Positions 8,611-18,316 of a stretch of DNA of 27,243 nt are shown one piece after another. The stretch covers positions 1 to 27,243 of the IMG/VR virus record IMGVR_UViG_3300046805_000147. One strand, written 5' to 3'. A program made the translations under genes and the position numbers. The notes below the pieces were generated by a model. The model was not told the DNA's origin and made no database searches. It saw only the letters and a list, made by a program, of their open reading frames with translations. The DNA comes from a virus (Duplodnaviria; Caudoviricetes). Each line of letters starts with the position of its first letter. The stretch's first letter is position 1.

Positions 8611-10616
8611 AATGCTATTGCTGTGCCAGGTATTTTACCATAAGGCATTACTAATATTCTACATCCCAATAACAATATTACTTTACCTTTTCTGGTATAA
8701 GAAAAATTTTCTACTTCTGTAAATCGAGCGTATAAGACTGGTCGATATTGTAAAATTGGATCTTCAGCGTTTTTTGGGGCTGGTAAATTTGGATTGAATA
8801 ATATATGACCTCGGTTGTCTGTAGAAATTTTTATGCCATTTGGCTCATCTTCACTATCATTATGAAATTCTACATTTAATGTTTCATTTGTTTGAATTAA
8901 ACAATGAACATTTTCAGGACCATAGTTGGAGGAATTAAGTTTAAAGTCTAATCCGTAAATTGACATTCCTGCGATTTGTCGAGACTCATCGGTACCATCT
9001 AACATATCTATCCAAACTGAAAATCCTCTTGGTAAAAAGTATATTTCTTTATTTAAACCAATGTTATTTTTAAAAACCGTTGTAACAGATGACTTATTTG
9101 CTAATAACAAATCTATTTCTTCTTGTGAGAACATCACATTTGAATCACTTGTTCTGACTTTTTTTGTTTTATCATCAATTTCAAGTGAATATCCGGTTCG
9201 AATTGTAGTAGGATCAGGTAATTGTTTCGTAGTTTTATCTAGAAAGTTTGCTATGATTTCAGCCCACTTACCCTTTTCACTACCAAGTTTACTGTTAAGA
9301 TTTTTTATACTTCCATATTGTTGAAATGGCACCGCAGCTAAAGAAGTAGCAGCGCCTTCTTCGGACCAATAATTGCCGTGTTTATATGATATCCAAAATT
9401 TGTCTGTGGAATTTTCGGTCAATGCTAAATCAGCTTTACCTACACCTTCAATTTTATGGGCACCATTTACATTTACACCAGTATCTCTAAATTCATTTAG
9501 TTCATCCGAAATATAAAGTCTCAACGGCACTTTTATGTCATTTTTTATGAACCACGTATTTAAGTTATTAACTTGTAGTTCTTCATAACCAATACCTCTA
9601 GCTTGTTTAGCTACCAATTCGACTTTGTCACGATTGTTAATATAAAATTGATATACTAATATAGCTCGTTTAAAATCAGGAGATGAAATTGATTTAGCAG
9701 CTGACCAGCCAACTATTCTTATATTAGAACCAGTTCTTATTTTTTTTGAAGTACCAGCATATGTAATTACAAGTTTACCTTCTTTTTTTAATATACTTTC
9801 CAATCCTATATAATTTACAGGAGTCGTAAGACCATATTTATTGTTACTACCAGGAGAAAGTGTAACACTCGATATATTTTGATTTAGATTATTGATGATC
9901 TCATCGTCTGTAAATCTTTCCAATCCCAATTTTCTTAAAATATCAATATCAGCATTTTCAGCTTTAATACGAGTTTCTGCAATTAACGGCCGAATTATCA
10001 TTTTTCCAACATGTTCGTCAAATATTTGTTCTCCTACATATTCACCCGTCGTGTCATACCAATTAAATCCTTTATTGTAAAATCCACATATTTTAGCTTC
10101 ATCAACACTATAGTTTAACAATGGGGTTTGTCCTTGCAATATCGCAACGTTTGCAATAGCATCTTGTTGTTTTTCCCTTGCAGTTCTGTCATCAACTTTA
10201 TCATCTGACTCTGCATCTTTTTGAACTTCTTTATCTACCGATACGATATCAGTTTTTTCTTTTGGCTTTTCTTCAGTAGCACCAGCCGATGATAAATCTC
10301 CCGGAACAGAAAATATGTTTGATTGAACCTTCTTTGGATTTTCTGCAAAGTGTGTACCCTTATTTACAGCACGATCTCTATACTCTTTGCTTGGAAAGGT
10401 TACTAAAATTCCGTCTTTATTATAGGCCTGACGATCAGGAAATCTACCAGCTTCAAATAGGTTAGCTGTTTTGTCAACAATCTCATTAAGAGAATAACCA
10501 GCCTTTTCCAAATACTCCTGCACAATAAAAACATGGTCTGGGTTCTCTAACTTGAGAACACCATCCTTTATACGGGAATCACAACAAATATCATTTATAA
10601 TAGATCTAAAGTTCAT
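8607..10616 (-). CDS. Multidomain protein with a C-terminal putative PD-(D/E)xK-fold nuclease domain
   Basis: E(GIGYEE)...KADL...WISYK...FQQYG pattern near 9313-9600; charged low-complexity linker after the N-terminal domain; ATATTTAT 5 nt upstream of the start. Confidence 0.55.
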   Translation of the reverse strand: MNFRSIINDICCDSRIKDGVLKLENPDHVFIVQEYLEKAGYSLNEIVDKTANLFEAGRFPDRQAYNKDGILVTFPSKEYRDRAVNKGTHFAENPKKVQSNIFSVPGDLSSAGATEEKPKEKTDIVSVDKEVQKDAESDDKVDDRTAREKQQDAIANVAILQGQTPLLNYSVDEAKICGFYNKGFNWYDTTGEYVGEQIFDEHVGKMIIRPLIAETRIKAENADIDILRKLGLERFTDDEIINNLNQNISSVTLSPGSNNKYGLTTPVNYIGLESILKKEGKLVITYAGTSKKIRTGSNIRIVGWSAAKSISSPDFKRAILVYQFYINNRDKVELVAKQARGIGYEELQVNNLNTWFIKNDIKVPLRLYISDELNEFRDTGVNVNGAHKIEGVGKADLALTENSTDKFWISYKHGNYWSEEGAATSLAAVPFQQYGSIKNLNSKLGSEKGKWAEIIANFLDKTTKQLPDPTTIRTGYSLEIDDKTKKVRTSDSNVMFSQEEIDLLLANKSSVTTVFKNNIGLNKEIYFLPRGFSVWIDMLDGTDESRQIAGMSIYGLDFKLNSSNYGPENVHCLIQTNETLNVEFHNDSEDEPNGIKISTDNRGHILFNPNLPAPKNAEDPILQYRPVLYARFTEVENFSYTRKGKVILLLGCRILVMPYGKIPGTAIAL

Positions 10617-10621
10617 CTATT

Positions 10622-10629
10622 ATAAATAT
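10622..10629 (-). promoter_or_regulatory. ATATTTAT putative phage late-promoter motif
   Basis: 5 nt upstream of the ATG at 10616; one of seven exact copies upstream of start codons. Confidence 0.6.
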
Positions 10630-10637
10630 AGTTAAAT

Positions 10638-11945
10638 TTAACGTAATCTCAAATCGTTGTAGTTATTTCCAGTATATACCTTAACTTTGAACTTTTTATT
10701 CTTGATTATGTCAATTACGTCTTGTATTGTGCGTTCATCAACCTCTGGACTTACATCAAATACAATAGAATCATATACATACAATATTGGCACAATCTTC
10801 TTATCAGTTACATACTTCAACACATTACCCAAACTATTCAGTCCATATTCGGTTTCTGCAGCCTGAATTATATATGCAAATAACTTGTTTTTATTGGGAT
10901 CACTGATTTGTTTTGATGTAATCTTTCGTTTATAAATCGGAGTAGTAACATATCCCTTCTTTTCAAACATTTCCCAATATTTATTTTTCAACTCATCGGT
11001 TTTTGCAAAAAATGGAATATTAAGATATTGATCTTTGATCTGTCCATACAAGTTAACCATCGTAAGTTTCTTGGACTTGGCCATCAATTCTGAATCAACT
11101 TGATTAACATTGTAATATTGTTTAGCCAAATGTTCATAAATGGTTTCTTCATCAGGTACCTTATAATCGATAAGATTAGCCACAATATAAGGATGAAATC
11201 CAGTAAAGTCTACCATCAACAAATATCCATCATATCTAGATATAAAACTCTTTCTGCAACCATCCTCCTTGTTTAGAGCTACATAATTTACGTTATCAAA
11301 ATGATTACTAGGTCTGCCTGTGGGATTATATATGTTGTATTCTGTATATACAAACCCGTTGTGTGTTTTTGCTTTAAAATAATTTTTAAACGTGGTTGTA
11401 TCTAATTTTAACCCATTCTTTTCAACTTCATATAGAGTATCAACAACAATGTTATTAAAGAATTTAAAGCAATAAGACTCTTTATTTTCAACGTTTAGAC
11501 TTTCTACATGAATAAGTTCTTCATCAAAATCACGTTGATGATTTGCATATGGATATATCATATTAAACTGATTGATATCACCGGTTCGAATCTTAATAGC
11601 AAAATAAGCATCTGATTCTTCTTTAACGAGAATTTCGTTATGTTTTAGAAAACTAAAAAGGTTTACATCAATCAAATTACAATCCCCGAGAAAATACTTG
11701 TACCTCTTCTTATTGTTTACATATATCTCTCGGTCTGTCTTTTTTAGTAACTTTACAAAATCATCATAAGTACTACTGACATTTACATCTGGGTGTAAAA
11801 AGTTAAAGTAATACTTTTCTTTAGTAATATAATCATAAACAAACGCAGCAATAACTTTATCACACGCAATATGTTTATTGGTGTTTTGAGTTATAAACTT
11901 TAGATATATTTGATTAGATAGATACACACTACAACATTTACACAA
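10638..11945 (-). CDS. Divergent, truncated family A DNA polymerase-like protein (start uncertain: TTG 11945 or GTG 11927)
   Basis: EKNGLKLD, TGRPSN, motif A MVDFTGFHP, motif B SKKLTMVNLYG, KGYVTTP, YIIQAAE, motif C YVYDSIVFD. Confidence 0.85.
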   Translation of the reverse strand: MCKCCSVYLSNQIYLKFITQNTNKHIACDKVIAAFVYDYITKEKYYFNFLHPDVNVSSTYDDFVKLLKKTDREIYVNNKKRYKYFLGDCNLIDVNLFSFLKHNEILVKEESDAYFAIKIRTGDINQFNMIYPYANHQRDFDEELIHVESLNVENKESYCFKFFNNIVVDTLYEVEKNGLKLDTTTFKNYFKAKTHNGFVYTEYNIYNPTGRPSNHFDNVNYVALNKEDGCRKSFISRYDGYLLMVDFTGFHPYIVANLIDYKVPDEETIYEHLAKQYYNVNQVDSELMAKSKKLTMVNLYGQIKDQYLNIPFFAKTDELKNKYWEMFEKKGYVTTPIYKRKITSKQISDPNKNKLFAYIIQAAETEYGLNSLGNVLKYVTDKKIVPILYVYDSIVFDVSPEVDERTIQDVIDIIKNKKFKVKVYTGNNYNDLRLR

Positions 11946-11962
11946 ATGTTCTAGAATGTCAA
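11935..11962 (-). promoter_or_regulatory. Possible sigma70-type promoter at the PolA-like gene start
   Basis: Perfect TTGACA (11962-11957) directly after the upstream stop; the -10 region (TGTAAATGT) is imperfect. Confidence 0.35.
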
Positions 11963-12349
11963 TTAAAATCCACGCCAGAATTGTCTGGGATTATTTAATA
12001 TCGTCGAAATCTGAGGAAACACTTGAGCTGCTTGATTTATTCTAAGTATATTATAATCCACAACACCTGTGGTTTCAAGCATTTTTCCTTTGTACACATT
12101 AAACTCAACCCCAGATACTTTCCAAGTTATTTTGGTCTTTTTGAAAAAACCAGAGTTTGTTCCATTATAACCTCTAGCATTGGTTTCGGTTATATTAGAA
12201 TAGTTAATGTTGCCAACAAAATATCGGGTTATATAACCATATTCATAGTCCGATGGTTTGATGGTTGGAATATATGATGCTGGAATAAAGTAATTGTATC
12301 CACCCAATCCAACAATATTTCTCGTTTTTACTGGTGTGTCATCAATCAT
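11963..12349 (-). CDS. Hypothetical protein at the end of the baseplate cluster (128 aa; start moved to MIDDTP at 12349)
   Basis: The ATG at 12349 overlaps the TGA of the upstream 1024-aa gene (ATGA), which removes the 70-nt overlap implied by the ORF track. Confidence 0.75.
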   Translation of the reverse strand: MIDDTPVKTRNIVGLGGYNYFIPASYIPTIKPSDYEYGYITRYFVGNINYSNITETNARGYNGTNSGFFKKTKITWKVSGVEFNVYKGKMLETTGVVDYNILRINQAAQVFPQISTILNNPRQFWRGF

Positions 12350-15300
12350 ATATTTATATATTTTAAATTGGTTCCAGCAATACATCTTAATAATGCTGTA
12401 ATATTTGTTTCCCATTTACCTGATGCTATATTATGTTCGACTTCTAATATTTGAAAAATGACATTACCAGGCACATATGGTTTAGGCAAATTACTGATTG
12501 CGAATACTTGTAGATTTCTAAACCCATACAATCCATCCAACGTCATTGATATTTGAAAGTTATCAGACACACCACTATATTTTGCAATATTACCAGATAT
12601 ATCACCATCATCCAACATTCTTCTCAATTTAGCCTTCATGCTAGGTGGTAAACACAAATACTTCCAATTATATATTTGTGTTTGTTCATTCCTGGCTTGG
12701 TCACTTGAGTTAGTCCCTCGGAGATCTGACTGCAAATTAGACAAACGTCCTCTGGGAACAAGTGTGGAATTTACACCATCTACATTCAAGAATCTCATAC
12801 ATAAAATGTCATTACGGGACATTTCGCCATAAACCTGAATATTTGCTATGTCTCTATTTTCATCTTTAAAATCAACATTTGTGCCTGGTACATTGCCAGA
12901 TTGTTGAGCTTTCTCCAAATCTTTACCTTTTAATTTTGCAATCTGCTCCAGTTGGAATGCGTCTAGTCTATCTCTAAACTTGATAAATGGTGTATTTGAA
13001 ACTTGAGTTATCACAATATCAAGTTCTGCTTTAGTATTTGCATTATTTATTTTGTCTTGAATCTTTTCAGTCAAGCTTGGTGAATTTGTGCCAGCAAATA
13101 AAACATTGTTAGCTTGTTCATTAGTCAAACTAACATCAAAGTTTATAGATTTTACAACATTGTTGGTCTTTGCCAAATCAAACATATATACCTCTTTTAA
13201 TATATCCATGTTGATTGTGTTTTTATCTACAATTGATAATCTTCCATTTAAACCATCCACTATATCAAATTGCCAAAAATCATCAACTGCGTTGTTTATT
13301 GTACTCAATACGGCCGTGACAAATTGTTTAATCGTCTTTACATTTTCATCTTTTGCGATTTCCATCAACCGAGTTTTTGATATAAGAAGATTCTTCAAAT
13401 ACCCATAATAGTACTTTTTGTATTTTTTGGTCACATCTACTCCTTCATCGTCATAGAATAATTTATCCTCGACAAATGGAAATGATGCGAATCCAAGAGG
13501 CCATTTATTTGGGCCGTTGTAATAGAACCAATTAATTACTCTATCCAAATCATCACGATACAAACCAGATGTACCAAATGTTTTCTGTGCATTTAATGCA
13601 GCTAAAAGTAGTGACTGATCAGAATCAATATTTTTATCTTTTTTATTTACCTTTAGAGCATTAATGAGTTGTAAAGTTAAATCAGGTTTATTTCTTTGAG
13701 GATTAACAAATTCATTTTTTGTTATTTCCTTTTGTTCAGTAGTTAAAAATTTTCCACCATTATTTATTTTTGGCGCAACAGGATTTGGTATCAATACATT
13801 TTTATCACATGATATTAAGTTTGGATGTGCATTTATAATAATATCAGTGTTATCTATTACGTACAAATTATTACGTGGGTTTGAACAGAATAAATTAAGT
13901 AATTCAAACACAAAGTCTAGTTGAAGCCAGACTTCATCATTTGTATCATTAGCATCAAAGTCTGTTTTGCTGTCATCAAATGATACTTGTTGTTCATAGT
14001 AATTGGCGGGATATTGTCGAATCGATCCATACTCAATTACGGGAAATTCAGCTGGTGCCGATTTTTGATAAGGAGGTGCAAAATATCCTGGTCCACCTGA
14101 TGGTATCGTTGTTGATGTAGGAGGATTTACATACTCGACTTTTGTTTTTCCAGGTTGTCTTGCAGCTTTATATATGTCTTCTCTTCTGCCAACAAAAATT
14201 CTATCTTCGGGATTACCACTGTAAAAAGATGATATACCAGCCTTGGTCACACCAGCAGACGCTTTAATAGCCGTCAATATATTTTCACGTTTTTGTTTTT
14301 CTGTTTGTTGTGCATTAGCCTCAGCATCCGCATCAGCTTTTTGAGTCTCGGCGTATTTGTTGGCAATCGCAATTCTATTCGCGGTTGCATAATCAACAAA
14401 ATTACTTCTAGACTTAATTACATCATTTATGGAAGGTAGATAGATGTTAATAAAATTTTTAAAATTTATATACTCAACGCTTTTTGCTCCGTCTGCTCCG
14501 TCATTTTGAGTAGCATTGTTGTCAGTTCTGAATCCTGCAAACAATCCTTGTCTTGATGTACACTCAACATTACACTCATACAAAAATCCATTTTGTGTGG
14601 TAAAATTATATTTTGTAACAATTCCGGTTACACATCCGTAGTTACCATATGAAAGATTAGATCTGTCTAAAGCCGTTTGTGGTTCTGAAACAATTTTCCA
14701 ACATTCTTCCCGAGACAAATTTAGTAAGGATTTTTGATTGAACAAATTCCAACCAAATTCAATAAACATATTGATGCCAGGAGTTAAAAAGAATGGCATC
14801 ATATATTCAAGTTGAGCCAAACTATAACAATTGAATTTAAATGACGCAAATGTAAGCAATTCTCTGCTTTGTCTTAATTGTACAGATACAATACCTGGGG
14901 GTGGTAGTATAGATGATACCACATTATCTTGTGGAAAATTGTTGTCAACTCTGGATTGATAATTTGTTAGTGATCTTAACCTTGGATCAATAAAGTGTGG
15001 TTCACCAGTAGCCTGATAACCAATAATAGCACCCTTTTGTGTAAGTGGTGTAGTATTGTTATAACCAAACGCATCATAAAAACCATCTCCACCTTTTAGA
15101 ATAAATCCATCATATGGGTTTGAATCATTTGGGCTTTGACCACCAGACTTGTTTAAATAAGCACTTCTTGGTACCAACCCATTTGAAATTTGACCTGTAC
15201 CACTTGAAAATATTCTAACCCATGGAGTCATCGGACCCTTGTACTTACTATGATTATTTGCAAAGTCAAACGTAGCATTAACAAACGGATTTGGTATTTG

Positions 15301-15420
15301 CATACCAATGTTATTGGTATTATTACGACGGCGTAATTCTCTTACCATCTCGGTTGGAATGTTTTGTATTTCCCACCACGTTGGTGCATTTCCTATTATC
15401 TCATTAGTGTTAGCTGCCAT
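12346..15420 (-). CDS. Large baseplate hub-like protein (1024 aa)
   Basis: Follows the tape measure, tube-like and LysM genes. N-terminal PPPGIVSV...FLTPG..MFIEFGW and C-terminal beta-rich FQILEVEHNI..GKWETNI, as in gp27/gpD-type hubs. The function is inferred. Confidence 0.55.
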   Translation of the reverse strand: MAANTNEIIGNAPTWWEIQNIPTEMVRELRRRNNTNNIGMQIPNPFVNATFDFANNHSKYKGPMTPWVRIFSSGTGQISNGLVPRSAYLNKSGGQSPNDSNPYDGFILKGGDGFYDAFGYNNTTPLTQKGAIIGYQATGEPHFIDPRLRSLTNYQSRVDNNFPQDNVVSSILPPPGIVSVQLRQSRELLTFASFKFNCYSLAQLEYMMPFFLTPGINMFIEFGWNLFNQKSLLNLSREECWKIVSEPQTALDRSNLSYGNYGCVTGIVTKYNFTTQNGFLYECNVECTSRQGLFAGFRTDNNATQNDGADGAKSVEYINFKNFINIYLPSINDVIKSRSNFVDYATANRIAIANKYAETQKADADAEANAQQTEKQKRENILTAIKASAGVTKAGISSFYSGNPEDRIFVGRREDIYKAARQPGKTKVEYVNPPTSTTIPSGGPGYFAPPYQKSAPAEFPVIEYGSIRQYPANYYEQQVSFDDSKTDFDANDTNDEVWLQLDFVFELLNLFCSNPRNNLYVIDNTDIIINAHPNLISCDKNVLIPNPVAPKINNGGKFLTTEQKEITKNEFVNPQRNKPDLTLQLINALKVNKKDKNIDSDQSLLLAALNAQKTFGTSGLYRDDLDRVINWFYYNGPNKWPLGFASFPFVEDKLFYDDEGVDVTKKYKKYYYGYLKNLLISKTRLMEIAKDENVKTIKQFVTAVLSTINNAVDDFWQFDIVDGLNGRLSIVDKNTINMDILKEVYMFDLAKTNNVVKSINFDVSLTNEQANNVLFAGTNSPSLTEKIQDKINNANTKAELDIVITQVSNTPFIKFRDRLDAFQLEQIAKLKGKDLEKAQQSGNVPGTNVDFKDENRDIANIQVYGEMSRNDILCMRFLNVDGVNSTLVPRGRLSNLQSDLRGTNSSDQARNEQTQIYNWKYLCLPPSMKAKLRRMLDDGDISGNIAKYSGVSDNFQISMTLDGLYGFRNLQVFAISNLPKPYVPGNVIFQILEVEHNIASGKWETNITALLRCIAGTNLKYINI

Positions 15421-15423
15421 AAC

Positions 15424-15714
15424 TTAATTTAAATTTTTGAGATTATTTAGTATCTGAGAAACATTGCCTGGTATTCTTAATTGTTTACCTAGTGGTATTG
15501 ATAATTTACCTTTACCCAAGTTGTTAGCTTGTGCTATAATCCACCAGAAACTTTCGTCACCATAGTATTTTTTAGCCAAGCTATCTAAATAATCAACCTC
15601 ACTTGCTATGATATATGTATCATCGATAGAATGTGGAATAATAGGATAATAAGTTGTTCTGTACACATTCTTACCATCCCATCTTTTATAAACTGGTGTA
15701 AATTGATATCTCAT
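15424..15714 (-). CDS. LysM-domain baseplate protein (P2 gpX / T4 gp53-like)
   Basis: DYLDSLAKKYYGDESFWWIIAQANNL...GKQLRIP. Confidence 0.85.
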   Translation of the reverse strand: MRYQFTPVYKRWDGKNVYRTTYYPIIPHSIDDTYIIASEVDYLDSLAKKYYGDESFWWIIAQANNLGKGKLSIPLGKQLRIPGNVSQILNNLKNLN

Positions 15715-15723
15715 GCTATATAA

Positions 15724-18303
15724 TTATGGTATATTCGACGCATTGATCTGATTAAGCCAGTTGTTATCATACCTAATATTCTTTGAGAAATTATTTTTAG
15801 CAGTGTCACTACTTCTGTCATAAAACTCGGTGAGTGGAGCGTTTTTGTCAGCTTTAGTACTAGAGTCAATCGGTCCTATAAAATTTGGATTAACTGGAAC
15901 AGGCAATTGCAATTGACTAACAATTGATACAGGAGCATCGCCCCAAATAGCTTTGCCTGTATATGGACGATCTTTTTCAAGAACATTCATCTGAACACTA
16001 ATTTCCGCTGTTCTTGGAAATTGAGCAACTCTTCCTTTGGATCTAGCTTTGTTACCTCTAGGATCTATGATCGTATCAGAACTCTGCCATTGTATAGCTT
16101 TATTTGGTCCATAATACCAACTTTGTCCATTTTTATCAGCTTCCTCTGGAATTGTTTCCCAAGATGTATCATCTGGTATTGTGACGTTACAACTTGTTAT
16201 TACAACAAAGTGGTTTTTGTAAAAATCACCTAATGTTAATTGTACCATTGGTGGTACCATATATCCACCCTCTTGTTGTAATGTATAATTAGCTGGTCTT
16301 GTTAAACCCACCAAATAATTTATGCGTTGCCACATTGGCATCAACTCTTTTACGCTGTGTGCATTAACGGTGAAATTAAAATTTACTTGACGTTCAAATC
16401 CTTTGTAATAAAACAATTTGTCTGGACGACCCAAATATTCAACCGTTTCCCAACTTGCATTGTTGTTGTCAGTAATTGATTTTACGGTAGCATTAAATGG
16501 AATATATTTTTGGTTAACGATATCATAAAAATAAAACTTAATAATATCTGGTCCATATATGCCAAATTTATCTGTAGCAGAATATTGTTTAGTAAATTCC
16601 TCTTGGTTTAATACTTGAAGTGAGTTAACATAATCAACGTTGTTGGTTGGATAAATATATCGATCATTTGGTCCTTCTCCTAAACGAGTTGGTACTTTAT
16701 TACCCATCGTTTCATCTCTACGAAAACGACCTTGATATGTATCATTTTTAATGGTTGGATCATTTAGTTTTGTAGGATCAAGTTGTTTTAAGTAATTTGT
16801 TCCTATACGTGTGCCATCGTTACTAAACTTAGCAAATTGAAGAGGTTGTAAATTTTTTCTGTTGGTACTATATTTGCTTTCATTTGCACCACCAATGTCG
16901 TTAATAGCCTTGTCAAGATTATCAATGATGTCCTTAACTACGTTACTTTGTTGATCACTAAATGTGGTCTTGAATCCAGATTGATTATCTAAATAAGTTT
17001 TATAGTTTAGTATTTGATCTGAATATTCGTTATCATCATCTACTTTTACTACATCACTATATCTGTTTGAATCTCCACTTGGAGTAATTGCCTTCTTAGT
17101 TAACTTAGTACTTAGTAAGTTATTCTTATCTTTTGATAAAACACCAATTTCTTTTGTATAATCAACCGCTTGTTTTTTGATATTTCTTACTATAATCAAT
17201 CTGTTCAAAGATGTTTTATTCTTCGACTTACCATAAAAACGTTGATTAACAGCTAATGAATAATCAGCCTTTTTTCCAAATCCAAGTGAATTCAACAAAC
17301 CACTCAAAATACCACCACCCGCAATACCATTTTGAGTTGGATCAAACAACTTACCCGCGTTTAACATCATCTCATATGTTTGTTCATCCGCACGATATGT
17401 TGCTGGCCATGGTTGTTTTGGTGGCAAAATACCACCTAACAATGTATTGTTTTGAAAAAATCTTCCAACACCAGTTATTAATCTACTAAAAAAGTTACCT
17501 CCAGCATTTGTCATCCAACGTTGATATCTTGGATTATTATAAGCATTTGTAGCAGTATTACCTCTCAATAAATCTTTTACACCATCTCTAGCAATTGATG
17601 TAACAACTCGACTAGAGTTATCCCCACCTCCCACCAAAGAGGTTAGTGTTGACAATCCCAATCCACCACTCGCTGCACTAGCAACACTGCTACGGGGTGG
17701 TGATGGTTGTGGAGGTGCGCTACCCAACAATTGTCCTACAGCACTTACAGCATTACTAAGACCAGTACCACCCAATAAGCCTGTTAATATGTTGCTTGTA
17801 TCTATGTGACGGGTTGGACGATCAACCAAACCAAAAGTAGCGGATCGTATAGCGGCAATCAACGGCGAAGCTGGGTTATAGACCTTGGTTTCATCGAATG
17901 ATTGAAATCCTTGTAGTATAAGTTGTTTTCCTGTAAACTTTATACCAGCACTTGATCCCAAAAACTTTCTAATTCTGGTAGCATCTTGTATAGCAGCACT
18001 TAATGGAAGTGATCTACTACCACCAATTTTTGTACGTTGACCCTCGTTTGGGTTTTTGTAAATATATTGTTGAGATGTAACCAATCCCTTCAAATAAAGA
18101 TCTTGTGGTTTGTTCTTGGTATATAAAACTCGATCATTACCATTTGTTAGAAACAATGTCTCTAATTTACCACCTCGTCTGATATTAATAAACGACGAAG
18201 CGTTAGGAGGCAGTGAAAGACCTGATCCTTGAACTTGGGATAAAGTGGTGATTTGACCTTCTGCTCCACCAAAACCCTCTACGAATGTTTGACTATTTGC
18301 CAT
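15724..18303 (-). CDS. Baseplate protein with a C-terminal tail-tube-initiator-like domain (859 aa)
   Basis: C-terminal ITDNNNASW...LGRPD...YKGFERQVNFNFTV...PPMVQLTLGD segment resembles tube-fold initiators; lies between the tape measure and LysM genes. Confidence 0.55.
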   Translation of the reverse strand: MANSQTFVEGFGGAEGQITTLSQVQGSGLSLPPNASSFINIRRGGKLETLFLTNGNDRVLYTKNKPQDLYLKGLVTSQQYIYKNPNEGQRTKIGGSRSLPLSAAIQDATRIRKFLGSSAGIKFTGKQLILQGFQSFDETKVYNPASPLIAAIRSATFGLVDRPTRHIDTSNILTGLLGGTGLSNAVSAVGQLLGSAPPQPSPPRSSVASAASGGLGLSTLTSLVGGGDNSSRVVTSIARDGVKDLLRGNTATNAYNNPRYQRWMTNAGGNFFSRLITGVGRFFQNNTLLGGILPPKQPWPATYRADEQTYEMMLNAGKLFDPTQNGIAGGGILSGLLNSLGFGKKADYSLAVNQRFYGKSKNKTSLNRLIIVRNIKKQAVDYTKEIGVLSKDKNNLLSTKLTKKAITPSGDSNRYSDVVKVDDDNEYSDQILNYKTYLDNQSGFKTTFSDQQSNVVKDIIDNLDKAINDIGGANESKYSTNRKNLQPLQFAKFSNDGTRIGTNYLKQLDPTKLNDPTIKNDTYQGRFRRDETMGNKVPTRLGEGPNDRYIYPTNNVDYVNSLQVLNQEEFTKQYSATDKFGIYGPDIIKFYFYDIVNQKYIPFNATVKSITDNNNASWETVEYLGRPDKLFYYKGFERQVNFNFTVNAHSVKELMPMWQRINYLVGLTRPANYTLQQEGGYMVPPMVQLTLGDFYKNHFVVITSCNVTIPDDTSWETIPEEADKNGQSWYYGPNKAIQWQSSDTIIDPRGNKARSKGRVAQFPRTAEISVQMNVLEKDRPYTGKAIWGDAPVSIVSQLQLPVPVNPNFIGPIDSSTKADKNAPLTEFYDRSSDTAKNNFSKNIRYDNNWLNQINASNIP

Positions 18304-18308
18304 TTATT

Positions 18309-18316
18309 ATAAATAT
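18309..18316 (-). promoter_or_regulatory. ATATTTAT putative late-promoter motif
   Basis: 5 nt upstream of the ATG at 18303. Confidence 0.6.
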
